A DNA stretch of 64,000 nucleotides from Blepharisma stoltei ATCC 30299 (Eukaryota; Protista; Ciliophora): contig CBFDEM010000060.1 of NCBI GenBank assembly GCA_965603825.1, forward strand, positions 310,001-374,000, read 5' to 3'. Below the pieces are notes generated by a model that had not been told where the DNA came from, searched no databases, and was given only the letters and a program-made list of their open reading frames with translations. Below are positions 1-13,347 of this stretch, one piece after another. The position numbers were made by a program, and so were the translations under genes. Positions within the stretch are counted from its first letter, which is position 1, and each line of letters opens with the position of its first letter.

Positions 1-3000
1 CTTTTCAGGCAGTTTCTCATCAAGCCCAATACCTCCTGTCATTAAAAACCTCAGTTCTGCTATATCAAGCTCTTTATTATACTCCATAAATTTCAATGTC
101 AAATTGAATGCGAACAACAGGCGGTCTTTTTCGAATAAAGATCTGCAAATATTTGAGTAAAGGATTTTAGTAAATGTTTTCTGGAGATTTTTCAGTCTTT
201 CTTCTAAGACTTCGTTGGCTTCACTTTCATTGATGGCGCGCAAGAAAAGATTGTTGAAAAAATCTAGTGAGTATTGATACATAGGGTCAATATTTCCAAG
301 CTCAGTTATGCAGAAGAACAATAAAGCCATACAATCAGAGAAAGGCTTATAGCCCAATCTAGCTTGATCAATTCTTTCTTCAGTCACCTTGGCATTTTCC
401 TGTTCAGTCTCGATTTGGTTTGATACAACTTTGGATTGTGAAAGAACGCTGATTGCTTCATCGTCGTCTAGGATGTTTCCAGATGTGGTGCTCATGATGT
501 GGAGAATTTTATCTTGAATTTGTTTTAGTCTCTTTTGGTTTTCAGCTGTTTGAATAATTATATGCTCTTTTGTCCTTGCTAGCTCTGGCTGCTCTTCTGC
601 GACAACTGTGACCAAAAGTTGGTCAGCAAGACCTTCAGGAGTGATCATGAAGTTAATCAAAGTTACTTTAGTAGACAGCTCAGGCAGGTAGTGGGGGTTT
701 CTTAGTCTTGTTGTGATGTAGAATCGGAAATCTTTGTTATATTCGACGTTGCTTTCTCCTAATCTTAGGATATTTTTTACAACTTGTTTAAGCAAAAGTG
801 GCTCAAGACTTGGATCTAGCTCTTCACCAACGTTTTCTAAGAGAACTGGGTGTCCAAAAGTGATTTTATTTTCTAGAAGCCTTAAGAAATTGTCATCGGT
901 GAGTTTAAGGACTAGTAAAGTGCCTTCTTTGCCTTCCATTTTTTTAATCCACTTGTTGGCTTGAGATTCTGGATCAATCATTAATGGCCATCTACGAGCT
1001 TTCGAAACAATAATGCCATTTTCAATAGAAAATGAATCTCTAGGCAAACTGTCTATATTCCATGATCTTATTTTCACTGGATCTCCCAAACAGCTTTGCA
1101 GAGAATACACAGCACTGCTTGGAATTCCTCGATTTTTGCAGTCTTGGTTCCACAGCTCTGCAATCTGAGCTCTATAACTTGCTGTAAAAGGACCTAAATA
1201 AGCAATCATTCCAGAAGAGACAAGGACGTCTCCAGTAAGCATAATATATTCTTCACCAAGTCTTTTAGCAAATTCTTTCCAAGCTACTTTTTCTCCTCCT
1301 AAACTTTCAATTAGTTGTTGAGCCCTTGTTAGCCTTCTTTTACAGTCATCGACTTCTTTCTCTAGCCTTTCTTTATTAGCAGTTGTTATATCCAAATCAT
1401 TTTGCAAGGCAGCTACTTTATCTTGAACTTCTTTCAAGGCTGCTTCTTTAACTTCTAAAGCTCTCATATACTTATTATACTCTTCTTCTGCAACAGCTTG
1501 TGCTTTCTGCAAAGGCTCAACTTCTAGATTAACATGATAAAATTTCTCCATAGCTAAAACCCAAGAACATAGACCTGCAGCAGCACTAGAAATTTTGTTT
1601 CTCATATTTTCTGCATTAAACTCTGAATTCTGTACAAATTTCTGCAACTCCTTGATCATTTTTTCAGTCATCCAGCTTTTGTCATAATTTCTCAAATCTT
1701 CCAAGAACTCTGCTCTGCTCAAAACTTTCATTGAAGCGTCCCACCATTGTGGAATCATTTTCATTGTATTTGGATCCTGCTTTCTTGGAGGATCGACTTT
1801 CAATAAAATACAGACAGCTTCCATGACGTCCTTCACAAGTTGAGGTGGGTTTGCCCCTTTTTTCATTTTGCTGATATCGTCTTTGTTCAAGACTTGCAAA
1901 GCATCTAATGCAGCTTGAAGAATGGGCATGCATTCAGCTAAAGCAATGTCGCACTCTCTTTTAATGCCTTCAGCTTTCTCAGCAGCTGCTCTTGCGATTA
2001 GTTCTTCTTTTCTTACAGATTCTTCCATTTCTTCTGCATCTCTCTTTTTCGCCTCTACAATGACCATTTTTTCTTCAGTTGCCTTTTTGGCGTCTTCCAG
2101 CTTAGGCTGCAATTCAATTAATTCTTTTTTCATGCCTTCTACAGACCCTTCAGTAGTGATTAATTTTTCAAACCCAATCTCGAATTTTTGTTTCTCAGTT
2201 AAAACCACCTTTCTGCGCTCGTTTAGGAGAGTTTTGAAAGTTGTGATCATTTCTAAATATGAAGTAGGGGTAACGTAGTAGTGTCTTCTAAGCTGCATAA
2301 GCATTTTGTGGGACCATTCAGTTGTGCTTCTGTGGAACATTTGGCACATCTCTACGCATTGCTCTCGGATGTGGCTTTCCATTTCTATTGCACCTAAGAA
2401 TTTTTGGGCAACAGAAACTAAAGCATCTTGAGGCCATTCAGAAAACCAGTCAATGGTGCAGCAGTTAACAAGAGAAGGGAACATTCTCAGCCTTGTCCTA
2501 AAAGCCTCACCGATTGGAGAGAAACAAAGAACAATGTGAAGCATCTTTTTGCATCTTTCAACAAAGTAAGTATATAGCTGCGCAATAGTACCATCAGGGG
2601 CTTTCCCTTCAGCTCTTGCATATGGCCTGACCATTTCTACAACTTCAATTTTTTCTTCATGAGGGTAAAGATTAGGCACTTCTCCTGTGTTCAGTAAAGT
2701 GTTGATGTCTTCTAAGAAACTTTTATCCTTGATGTGAGAATCAGTAAATAGGAATACGCATTGAGCTCCAGTGCCACCTGCTTTTCTTAAGAAGCTCTTC
2801 AAGTCTTCTCTCCATTCATTTTTCCCATAATTTTTAGTCAGCTCAATTTGGACAATTTCATATTCTGCTAAGCTTGCAGCTAGTCTCGTCACACTTTGTC
2901 GGCCAGATCCGCCAACACCTATTAAAAGAGCATGGCCTCCAGGCTGGTTAAGTACTCTTGAAATTCTACACAAATGCTCGATTGCAAAGGCAAATAGCAC

Positions 3001-6000
3001 TAGGTCCATAGGCTTAGTGGAAGTCGAGTTATAAAATTCCAATGCAACTTCGCAGTTTTTAGTGAGTGTGACAAGGTCAGTCATTTCAGAATAACGCTTT
3101 GGAGCTCCAGGAGGAGTTAATAAATACCCAAACATCAGTCCTCTAATTTCATCTAAAGTTTCAACTTTTCCGTTTTTGTCGATGTCAAGATGATTGAAAA
3201 TGGTGTCAAAATTGAAGCCAAAAATTCTTTTGGTTGATTCTCTTATATGGTGCAAAAGCCATATTCTGTCATCATCATCAACTAGACGATCTCCGAAGAC
3301 TCTTAATATTTCATGGACCCATAGTCTAACAACTTGGTCTGTTTCTGATATAGTTACTGAGTCAGACATGCATATACCCAAAATAACTTTAGAGAAATCT
3401 CTCAAGTTGAAGGTATAATGGCTCTTCAATGGAGTCGGTAAGAGTTTTTCCATAGCTGTTTTATAAATATCCCTGCTTGCTTGAACGATTTTATTTTCGA
3501 CTTTGGTGATGTTTTCTCCAAATTTATTATTCGCGAAAAACCAATGCAGAATGCTGCTGAAAATTCTTAAAAGTGTGTCATCCTCGAAATCAGCCAAAGA
3601 AATCATACAAAGATGGTTTTGGAATCTGGGAGTAATAAAAGTTCTGCCACCTCCTGGAGGACCCATAGCGGTAACAAATCTCCAATCAATGATAGTTTTA
3701 AAAGTGTTGTCTTTTCTTTCATACCATCCTCCTTGATCTAGAAGTTGTCTTAAAATTTCAATAGGTGGCTGAGCTCCATACTCTTCTTTTTCTGGCATAT
3801 TCAAATCATCAACAAAAATAACGCAGATCTTTTCTGGAGGAGGGCCGTACAGACCTCTTTTACCACGTTTAACGTCAACTTTACCATCAATTGTGTCTTG
3901 GACTTGATTTGCAGTGGTTTGTGCACTGAATCCGATTTCAGAATTTATGTACTTTGTCTGGTCCAGTTTATTAAGGATCACATCTTTCACATAAATGGTT
4001 TTGCCTGTACCTGTATTTCCACAGAATAAAAATGGAATTCCTGCTTTTAACAGTCTCTCTAATAAATAAGTGTACCTGACAGTATCTACTGTTGAAACGA
4101 CAACTTCATTAGGAAGCAAATTCTTTGGAATATCTGCATTTATATCAGTAATTCCTGCTTCAGTCCAATGTCTCCACTGCATTTGATCAGCAAGGAAAAT
4201 GAAGTCATAGTAAGAACCATTTTCAGGGATGCTTGGCTGTATTTTTTTGCCTTTGTTCTTTATTTCTGCTACATCTCCATTGAGAATCCTCCTCAGCCAA
4301 ATGTTGAAATTTCTCCTATCAGCTGACACAACCGCGGCTCCAAGTGACCAAGTTATTGCGAAAACAAAGAAGCAGTCAATGATTTTGATCCTGTCCTTTT
4401 CTTCAATTGCATCAAATGCATCTTGATCATTAAACATTTTTAAGAAATCTGAAAAAATGTGCAGGCACGACATAACAAGATTTTGCCTCATCATTGGCGC
4501 TGTCAGCTTCATTTTCGTTTCAATTTGTTTGAGGGTTGGCTCAATCAGCCAGTCAACTAGTAAAGAAACTTCTAAATCCTCGTTATCTAAAAAGGTGTGA
4601 GGAAGAGAAGAATTTCTCCAGCTTTGGAAGAGAGGTTCCCAGCCAAGCCTATGGGGCTCGAGATAAATCATACCGCAACGACTGACTGTAGCTGGAGAAG
4701 CCACTGCTAGATCCATTGGTTCGAAAATTAAATTCATGTTGTTTGACATTGCAACGATTTCTCCACTTGTTAAACAAAGCTTCTTGTTGTCATCAAGGAC
4801 TGTATTCATGTTTTCAATCCATATAGCGTCGACAGGACCGTCAAAGTGCATCCATTTTCTTTGGTTGGACTCATTTCTTGCGAAATCTTTGAAGCCAGCT
4901 GCTAAGACGCCATCTTGCCAATCTTTGCTGACCTCATCAAAAGAGCCGTATAGCTGTTTCATGGTGATTGACTTAGGGTTGAGGCTAAATATTAGCACTT
5001 CATTTTCATTCATTTGTCCTTTGTGGGCAAGCTCAGTAAGAGCAGCAGCTAAGACTTTCAGAGCTGAGGATTTCCCTGCAAATGGCAGGCCGACAACCAT
5101 GAGACCATGCCTGACATTAACCATTTCAAAGATCTGGATGACTTTCATGACGAAATACTCGTTCCATTGCAAGTTCATAAGCTGGCTTTGGTTTTGTAAA
5201 GATTCTAATAGCAGCGCATAATCAGGCTCAGGAAGTTTGATACCTGGGAATAGATCTGAAATGATACCTTCAAAGAGTGGCAAGTCGTGAGACAAGAATT
5301 TAGCCAAGTTGACGTCGTTAATTGATCTAAGCATCAGCACACTCTCATTTTCTGTAGGATATTTTCTCTTAAGAGCTCCTGCAGCTAGCAGCACAGACTT
5401 GACAGCTCTCATACCATAATCGTAATGTTTTTGACTGGAAAGCTGTTCTGAACACAATTTATAGGTAGCCACAATTTTTTGAGCCAAAGCTCTTGCATCT
5501 TGGAATCCATAAGAATAAAGAACGTTTTCAGCAATGAGAGAATAGTCAGGAACCATCATAGCTACAGTTCTAAACAAAGCCTTCAAGTTATCAGGAAGCT
5601 CGCTTCTGCCAGCATACCCTGGGTTCATAGTGATAAAGCAGTTACAGGTTTTCTTTAAAATGAGCTCAGTACCTTCAAATTTAAATTCTGGCTTTCCTTC
5701 TCTCAGAGCGTTTTGAATAGTAAGCAGCTGCTGAGCAACCACAGAAAGCACTTCAGGGTCAATTCTGTTAAACTCATCAAAGCAACTCCACCCACCTGTG
5801 GCAGCAAGTCCTTTGAAAAACTTGCCCATAGCTTCAAAATCTAGACCATCAGAGCAGTTGAAGACGACACACATACGAGCCATAGCCTTTGCAAGATCTT
5901 TAACGGTTTCTGTTTTTCCAGTTCCTGCTGGCCCTTCAGGTGCTCCACCATAAGTAAGATGGACAGCTCCACAAAGTGTTCTATAGCATCTATCAGTCAA

Positions 6001-9000
6001 AGGTGTGATGACCAACCTTTCAGAGTTTCCAAGGTATTCATAATTGTAGCTTAGTTCAGCATTGATCACTCTAACCAAAGTATTTTCATTTTCCCAATAA
6101 TAACGCAGCTGTGAAAGCCACGCAAAGTCACTTCTGTCTTCGATTCCACTCTGAGCAAGCTCAGTAATAACATCTCTGCAATGGACATCCAGCACGATCA
6201 TAGCTTTTAGCGTGCATCTCACCAAATCTGGAATGTCTCCTCTGACTAAATTCACGATATCTAAAAACAGCTTATTGCACTCAGTAACATATTCCTGAAG
6301 TCCCAATTTTCCTGAAGAGCTTAGCTTGTCTTCAGCTCCTCTTGTCCAAAATGTCATGCTAGCACATAACACTGCTTGGCCTTTATGCAGAGAAACCCAA
6401 TCTTTTCTATCTCTTTTCGGATAGTCATTCAAAGCTTTGTAAATGATGTCTCTTGTGCTTTTAATCATGCAGTCTTCAACTTCAATCAGCCATTTTTCAA
6501 CAGCTCCTTCAGCCATAGCAGGGTCAATGACTCTGATGAACTCTACAACTTCTCCTTCTTGAGAAATCATGGCAGTGATTTTCTGTTCATCGTCAAATCG
6601 CAGACTCTTTATGCCTTCAAAACATTTTTTTAAATGGGGCTGGACCTTTGTGGCATCTCTTGTTTCTTTGAGGATTGAAATTAGTTCTTCATTAGTCAAG
6701 AAGAAGAATCTTGGGAAGAACAGACGCTTTTTCTCTAGATAACTGTTGAGTTCTCTCTGAACTATTTCTAGTCTTTCATGGCAGTAGTTTAAAGTGTCAA
6801 AAATATTGTCAATTCGGGTCACAACAGTTACTGTCATGTCACGGTGAGTTTGGTCCATAAGACGATGCCATTGAGAATCGACTTCTTTGAATAGAGCTGC
6901 CTCTTTAAATAGCTGCTTTTGGATGTCAGCACTTGCAAAAACTGGCTCAAGTACAATCCACAAGCTTTGGACCTTAATCCAAACAGCTATAACTTTATTT
7001 GTCAGTGAAAGCCACTCATCCCATGCATTGATCCTATCGAGATAAACTGCTGCAAATGGAGAACCTTTCATTGTTTGGGTTGTCAAGATCTGCTCTTCCA
7101 GCAATGTCTGCACAATTTCAATACCTGAGCCTAAATGTATATAAGTTCTAGTTTCTCCCCATTCTTTCAGCTCGAATTTAATAGGGTCCCAATCTCTTTC
7201 CATTTTTTCTAGCATTTTATAGTTGCTGAATTCTCTGGCAGCAGCCATTGCAATTTCTTCGACTTCTTCAAAATGCTCTTCAAAGTCCATGTTTTGGAAC
7301 TGCTTAAATGTGGTGTGATCAGTGATTCTGAACTCTTGGTTTATTATTTTCGAAATTCGGTCAAAATGCCTTTCTTCTAAACCTTTGGTGGAAACTATTT
7401 TCATAACAGGGATTTTCTTCATAAGGTTGTCTATGTCTTGCAATGTGAGCATAGCGACGTCAACTAGTTTTGGAGCCTTTTCTTTAAGAGAGTATAAAAG
7501 CTTTTTGGCAGCTCCTTGCATTTGTTTGGCTTCTCTTTCGATTTCATCAGGGTCGAGCTCTTTTACAAGGGTTTGGGTCCATGCATCAGTTCTTTCTTTG
7601 GTCATGCTGACTAGTCTCCATAGCTCGTCATGAGGCTTAATGTTTCTTTGAACTTCTTCAAGCTTCGTGAACTCCATAGGTGTCCATCCCAGCAGCTCCT
7701 CTTTGAGGTTGATTTCTTTCATTTTTTCTTCAGCTTCTTCTAGCCTTTGTTTAAGATTTGCGATGGTTTTAACGTGCTCTTTGCTTTCTGACCTATCACT
7801 GATGTCTTTAAGTCTGCTGATTTCAAGTTCAATTGAATTAAGCTCTTCACCGAAGTTTTTGCGGATTTCTCTGAGCTGATTATTTAATGCATCTTTAGAA
7901 TTTTGCAAAGAAAGCTCGATTTCTTGCATTCTGCCCATGATGGTCTTTACCCAAAAATTGCATTGGCCTAGAGGTGCAAGATCTTCTTCTCCTACATTAA
8001 ACGGAGAATCATACAACATTTTGAACCATTCTTTAGTATCATTATATTCTTGGAATAAATTAGGGATAATTTGTTCTCTGCATTTGTCTTTGTAGCTCTC
8101 ATGCTCTACAAGTTTTTCTTCAGTGTCTGCTTTCGTACTATAAAATTCACTTATTGTTTGGAATTCCTTATAAATAGATGTAGCTCTATCAGCATTCTTG
8201 GTGAGAATGGCTTTATTTAAAGTGAAAACAATATCATCACAGTCTTTGCAAAGCTGCTTATTTATATCTCCACACTCAACCTCAATCATATTCAGCCTTA
8301 TTCTGACAGGACATTCTCTTCTAATTTCTCTTTCAATTGTCTCATACCTCTCAATTAATTCTCTGTACTCATTTCTTGAGTGTTCTTCATGGATAAATTG
8401 CTCAATATATCTCCTATCTGTCAGCAAATTTGTATATTTTTCATATAGCTTCAAAGACTCTAAAGCAATGTCCAAATTTTTTCTTATGATGTGCTTTATT
8501 TGTTTGGAAGAATTTATGACTAGCTCATCTTCAGAGCTAACAAACCATAGGTGAGGGTTTTTTTCATTTGGAGCAATCCCGTGGTCAGGTCTTGGGACTT
8601 TTTCTGATTTTTCAGCGATTTTTTTGACTATTGAAATTAATTCAATGCTTATTGATTCTGGGTTCTCTGAAAAAACAATTTTTCCATCTTGGGAGGTAAG
8701 TCTGATTTTCAAAAATGCGTCTGGTCATTCGCTTGGGATACTAACAACCATATCATTGGGTCTTGGTGGGTTGCTAACGTCGAATTTTTTAAAGAACTTT
8801 AAATAGGCATTGATAGAATCTGTGACTAGCTGTCGAAGTTGATTAGACATCAATGCACTTGTTGCTTCAAAAAAAGTAGCAGCCTGCTCTCTGTCCATGT
8901 TTTTGATTTCTTCACTAATAATGCTTACAGCACTCAGTGTTCATTCTGTATTAAGCATGTTTTGGACTTGATTCATGCGGCTTTCTTGCCTTTCAATGAA

Positions 9001-10599
9001 CTCTTCAGTGGATAGTGACTCATACTTTTCAGGCAAATCAATAAACATCATACTTTCATACACTCCCCAGAGCTGCTTAAGTCCAAGTGTTGCTGGTGTA
9101 CATATACAAAGGTTGTCAGACATAAGCATTCTTGCCATCATCACATTAGTCTGCCATTCCTCGGTCGGCTCAATCCCTTTAAACGGTTGTGCCCCATAGT
9201 CAACCGGTGGGTCTGGATTCGTTTCAATCCCCAATCTTTTTCTTTGATCAGAGTCTTTTAATACATAGTCAAGGATGCTTTTCCTGCAGGCTCTATAATA
9301 ATCCCGATTTATTTCATTCAGCATTTCGTCTAAAATGTACTCGACTTTTTCTTTTGCAATCAGATTCCACTCCGCAGGCACCAAATCAAGGATGTTGTGG
9401 ATCCAGTATTGCCTTATTTGAGCAATTACTTCAGTGCTGATTTCATTTTCTATGTAGTGGGTATATCTCTTCCAGTTGTAGTCTTTTTTTAATGTTTCTG
9501 TATCAACTCCGCTTGCGATGATGGGGTCGCCTTCAGATGTGGGGATCTGAGGAATCATTGGGTTTGTGTTGGCTGCAAGGGTGATGTGGGACTCGAAAGG
9601 AATGAATTGGATGCTCCTTGATTCTGGGTCAATTATTAATCTTTTAGCTTCTGGGTTATAGTTTGATGCAATTCTCACTGAAGGAGGAAGGTATTGCTTA
9701 TTAAAACTAACTGGGGCAGCCACAGTACGGCTGAAAACATCAAGAACCGGAGGAAAACGAGTATTGGCTAGTGGTGGCTTCTTAAAGACTGTTGACATCA
9801 TTTTTTCTGGGTCTGACGCTAGCGAGGAGTAGTTAATTATTCTTGCATTTGGGTTTAGACCAGCTCCTAGCATATCAATAGAAATATTTCTTGTATCCCT
9901 TAACGTAGGATGTGAAATCTGCCCAATTTTTGTTTTCCCATACGAAATCTGTCTTTCTATTGGGTTCATTTGGCTATTTTGTGCCTCAAGAGGCGGAAGC
10001 TTCTCATGTGGAGCCCTCGAAAGCTCCATCAAATTTTTAACAGTGGATTTTCCAAACAGATAAGCTGTCTTTGTCTTGCTGACTGGGTGAAATTTCACTG
10101 ATCTGTCAGTACAGGAAAGTCTACCTAATACACCCAAGTCAAGTTCAATTCTGGATTTTTGACTTAATAAGTCGCCGATTAACTCAAAAACATTGTTGAG
10201 GGCTGTGCTTACAATGGATTTTTCTAGATTCCCAGTTTTTGCTATCCCAACGTAGTTGATTTTTATACTTGGGCCTGGGTTAAAAGGGTAGGGGCATTCT
10301 TTTTCATCGAGTTTAAACGTGAGGCCACGTTGCTGCAAGAAAGTTTCTTGGATTTCTATGCAGACTGTTTTGGAGTTTTCTAAAGTAGCGTTGTAGCCCA
10401 TTGTTGCGAATGGGTGGCAATTAACTGCGCGGCCTAAATCGAATTGCCCAAGAAGCCACTTCACGAAAGCTTCCCAGCACTGTGCATAGGTAGCCTGGCT
10501 TAGAACTGATGAAAGAATGTTTTGTTCACCTCTTAGATTTCGGTCTACACACATCGCGAACAACTTTTCAACTGTCAGTTGTACATCAACCTCTTCCAT
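1..10599 (-). CDS. Axonemal (probably inner-arm, DNAH3/7/12-like) dynein heavy chain, 3' end truncated by the window edge
   Basis: ATG at 10599; TGA at 8941-8943 read as Trp; the same frame is still dynein-like at position 1 (ELRFLMTGGIGLDEKLPEK). AAA1 P-loop GPAGTGKT at 5911-5934 followed by CFDEFNRID and FITMNPGYAGRSELPDNLKALFR. AAA2 GLPFAGKS (~5070-5090), AAA3 GNTGTGKT (~4000-4020), AAA4 GVGGSGRQS (~2895-2920). Confidence 0.97.
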
Positions 10600-11026
10600 A
10601 ATTATTATATGAAGCCTACGCTTTTCGAGAGCTTAAGCAGTTACTTTTAATTAATTTTTTATAAACTCATGATCGCACTGTTTATCAAAATGAATAAGGT
10701 TTTTGGGGTCTACTATAAGAAGTAATCCAAACTTCGCACTAACCTGAAATAATTATATTTTATTTTAAGAATAAAGCCAGGAGCTTTAAATAGCATGAGA
10801 CTTATTCCTAATTTATCAGGAAGCTTTTCATTTATAAGATTAGTTTAGATCAGAAAGAAAATTGATAAAAAACTTGATCTTAATAATATTCAGAAATATG
10901 AGAATTTGCAGCCAGTTTATGCATTAAAAGAAAATAAAAGCTAAAGAGATTCTTATAAATGGGTTATTGTTTTAAGTTAAATTTAAATGAAATAAACTAT
11001 GATAAGCATAATAAAAAGAAATTTAA

Positions 11027-13270
11027 ATGTCGAGTAGTGATTTCAGCAGTGATAGTGATTTTGATATGGATGTGGATGAAGGCACTCAGGTTGGCACCGT
11101 GCAACCATCAGTTCAAGTTTCTCAAGCTCCTCGCTTGGTGGATTTTGAAAGTTCAGAAGAAATGGAAGATTCAGATCAGGATGGGCCACCAAAAATAACA
11201 GTATTAAAAGCAGAAAAGCAACCTTCAAGCTCAGATATTTCTGCTGGATCTAGCGACTTTGATTCAGAAGATACTCCTCCCCAAGCCAAAAAAATCGAAA
11301 AAAAAGAAGAGATGAAATACCTCACAGTCAACAAAAAGCCTATGGCAATATCAACTCAAGACTTCACCAAAGCAATGCCTTCACCCAAAATTAGCCCAAT
11401 CAACAAAGCAAGGCCGCCTCAAACAATTTTTAAGCTCGAAAATAAAAATTTGCATACAAAATCGTACACAAATTTTTCAGATCTCATTTTTGAAGATGAA
11501 CTCAACCCTGCTCCCAAACCAAAGAGCAGGCCAAATGATGTTGAAAGGCTGTTTAGATATCAAGCTAAATCAGAGGCCAAACTAAAGGACCTTGCTAATG
11601 CACAAGCAAAAAAAATAATGGAAGACTGCACTTTTCAGCCTAATATCAAAGTGAGCAAAGAAAAGCGATCTATACATGAGTTTGCAAGTGATATGGAAAG
11701 ACTTGAAAAAAATCGCCAAATTGCAATTGAGGCATTAAGACAAGAACATCTCAAAGCACTTGGAAATGGAGGCGTTAAGCTAAAGCCCACAATCTGTAAG
11801 AAATCGGATTTGATAGCCCAGCAGCAGAGAGGTAGGTCAACCATATCAGTGCACGAAAAATTATGAAGAGAGCGCACAGATAAAGCACAAGAGCAGCTAC
11901 TATCCCCTGCTAATTCGGTCACAATTGATAGGAGATCTTTTACGCCGAGCATCAATGAGAGATCTTTAAGATTAGAAAGAAGCGAATCAATTGAAAATAG
12001 GCTATATAATGACGCTTTGAGGAGGAAAAGGGCAGCAAGTCAAAGCCCAGAAACTTCTTTTAGAGGAAGGCTGATAACAAAAAACTCTGAAAGGTTCTTA
12101 GCAAGAAAATTTGAAAATGAATTTTCAGCTAAAACTAGAGACCTAGATATAGATGATAGCATGAATTACACTAAATTTGCTGCTTTATTAAAGTCTATGA
12201 GCTTTATAGTAGACTCAGATAAAGGAAGAAGCGATATGATTGAAATATGAAAAATTTTACAGCCAACAGAAAATTATGTGAAGAAAGACAACCTTTTGAA
12301 TGCATTAAAAGGGATTATGAATTATCCTTTATCTGAACAAGAAGAAGGGCTACTAAAGTTAGATAGAAGTTTGCTTCATAGAAATTTTCATCATCTTTCA
12401 GAGAATAGGGAAAGGGTTGTATATCATTCAAATAGGAATCCCAGGTTTAAAGGAGGGCTTGAGACGTACAGTTTTAGGCCAAGCTTGAATAGAACGAGCT
12501 CATTGCTTGGAGGAAGGTCTCTAAGCAATCGTAGTTTCATACAAGGACAAAAGAGCAATGCAGATTTCCTTGCAACAGAACAGCAAAGGCTCCAAGTAAA
12601 ATGATTAGAAATGAAGAAAGCCAAAGATGCTGAAGAATCCAAGCTGTGCACTTTCAAGCCTGTCATCAACAAAAAAACACCAATAAGGCATAGTAAAGTA
12701 AAAAGCAACGACGTCATCACTACTCATTATAAGCGCCTAAGTTCAGAAAAAAATAGATTTGAAGCCTTGTATAGTTTAGCAAAATTTGAAAGAACAGAAA
12801 AAGAAAGGCTTGTGAAGTCGAAAGAGGAATCTGAAATAGAAGAAGACATGAAAGAATGCACATTCACTCCAAAATTTGAAACACAGAAGTTCAATAACGA
12901 TTTTGATCAGGTAAAAGGGGTTTCACAGCTGATCAATAAGCTCAGAAAAGGGAAGATGGATGCGAAAAAATCAAAAAATGAAGACCAAGAAAACAAGAGC
13001 ATTCATAAGAGGAAAGGAAGCTTGCAGGGAAGGTCTGATAGACAAATTACGACTAAAGAGTCAAGTGAAAGCAGAGAAAGCTATCAAAATTCATATAGCT
13101 CCGAAGACGACGATACCTTGACTGTTTCAGTAAATCTTCCCAATGGGGTAGTCGATACACTTATTATTTATCCTAATGATAACAGAGAAGAAGTTGTTCA
13201 GAAGTTTATTGATAAGCATGGCATTGACGAAGTAGCAGCAAGAAAATTAAAAGCAGGTTTACTCCAATAA
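11027..13270 (+). CDS. 747-aa hydrophilic protein with repeated (C/S)(T/S)FxPxIN motifs, probably cytoskeletal; function unknown
   Basis: Four track ORFs (11027, 12017, 12278, 12611) share one frame and are separated only by TGA (11864, 12248, 12602); ends at TAA. Repeats CTFQPNI, SFTPSIN, YSFRPSLN, CTFKPVIN, CTFTPKF. Confidence 0.85.
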
Positions 13271-13347
13271 TACTATTTAAATTAACATTCCAAGAATTAT
13301 TAATTTGCTTGCAAAGACTATTGGTTAAGAAGCTAATAATATCAAAA

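Noticed and set aside
734-9440. Many plus-strand ORFs (and minus-strand 1682-1933) over the dynein gene, and similar ones over the HECT, NEK, LRR and USP genes
   Set aside because: They are antisense or alternate-frame shadows of long coding sequences, Ser/Phe/Leu-rich and without recognisable motifs.
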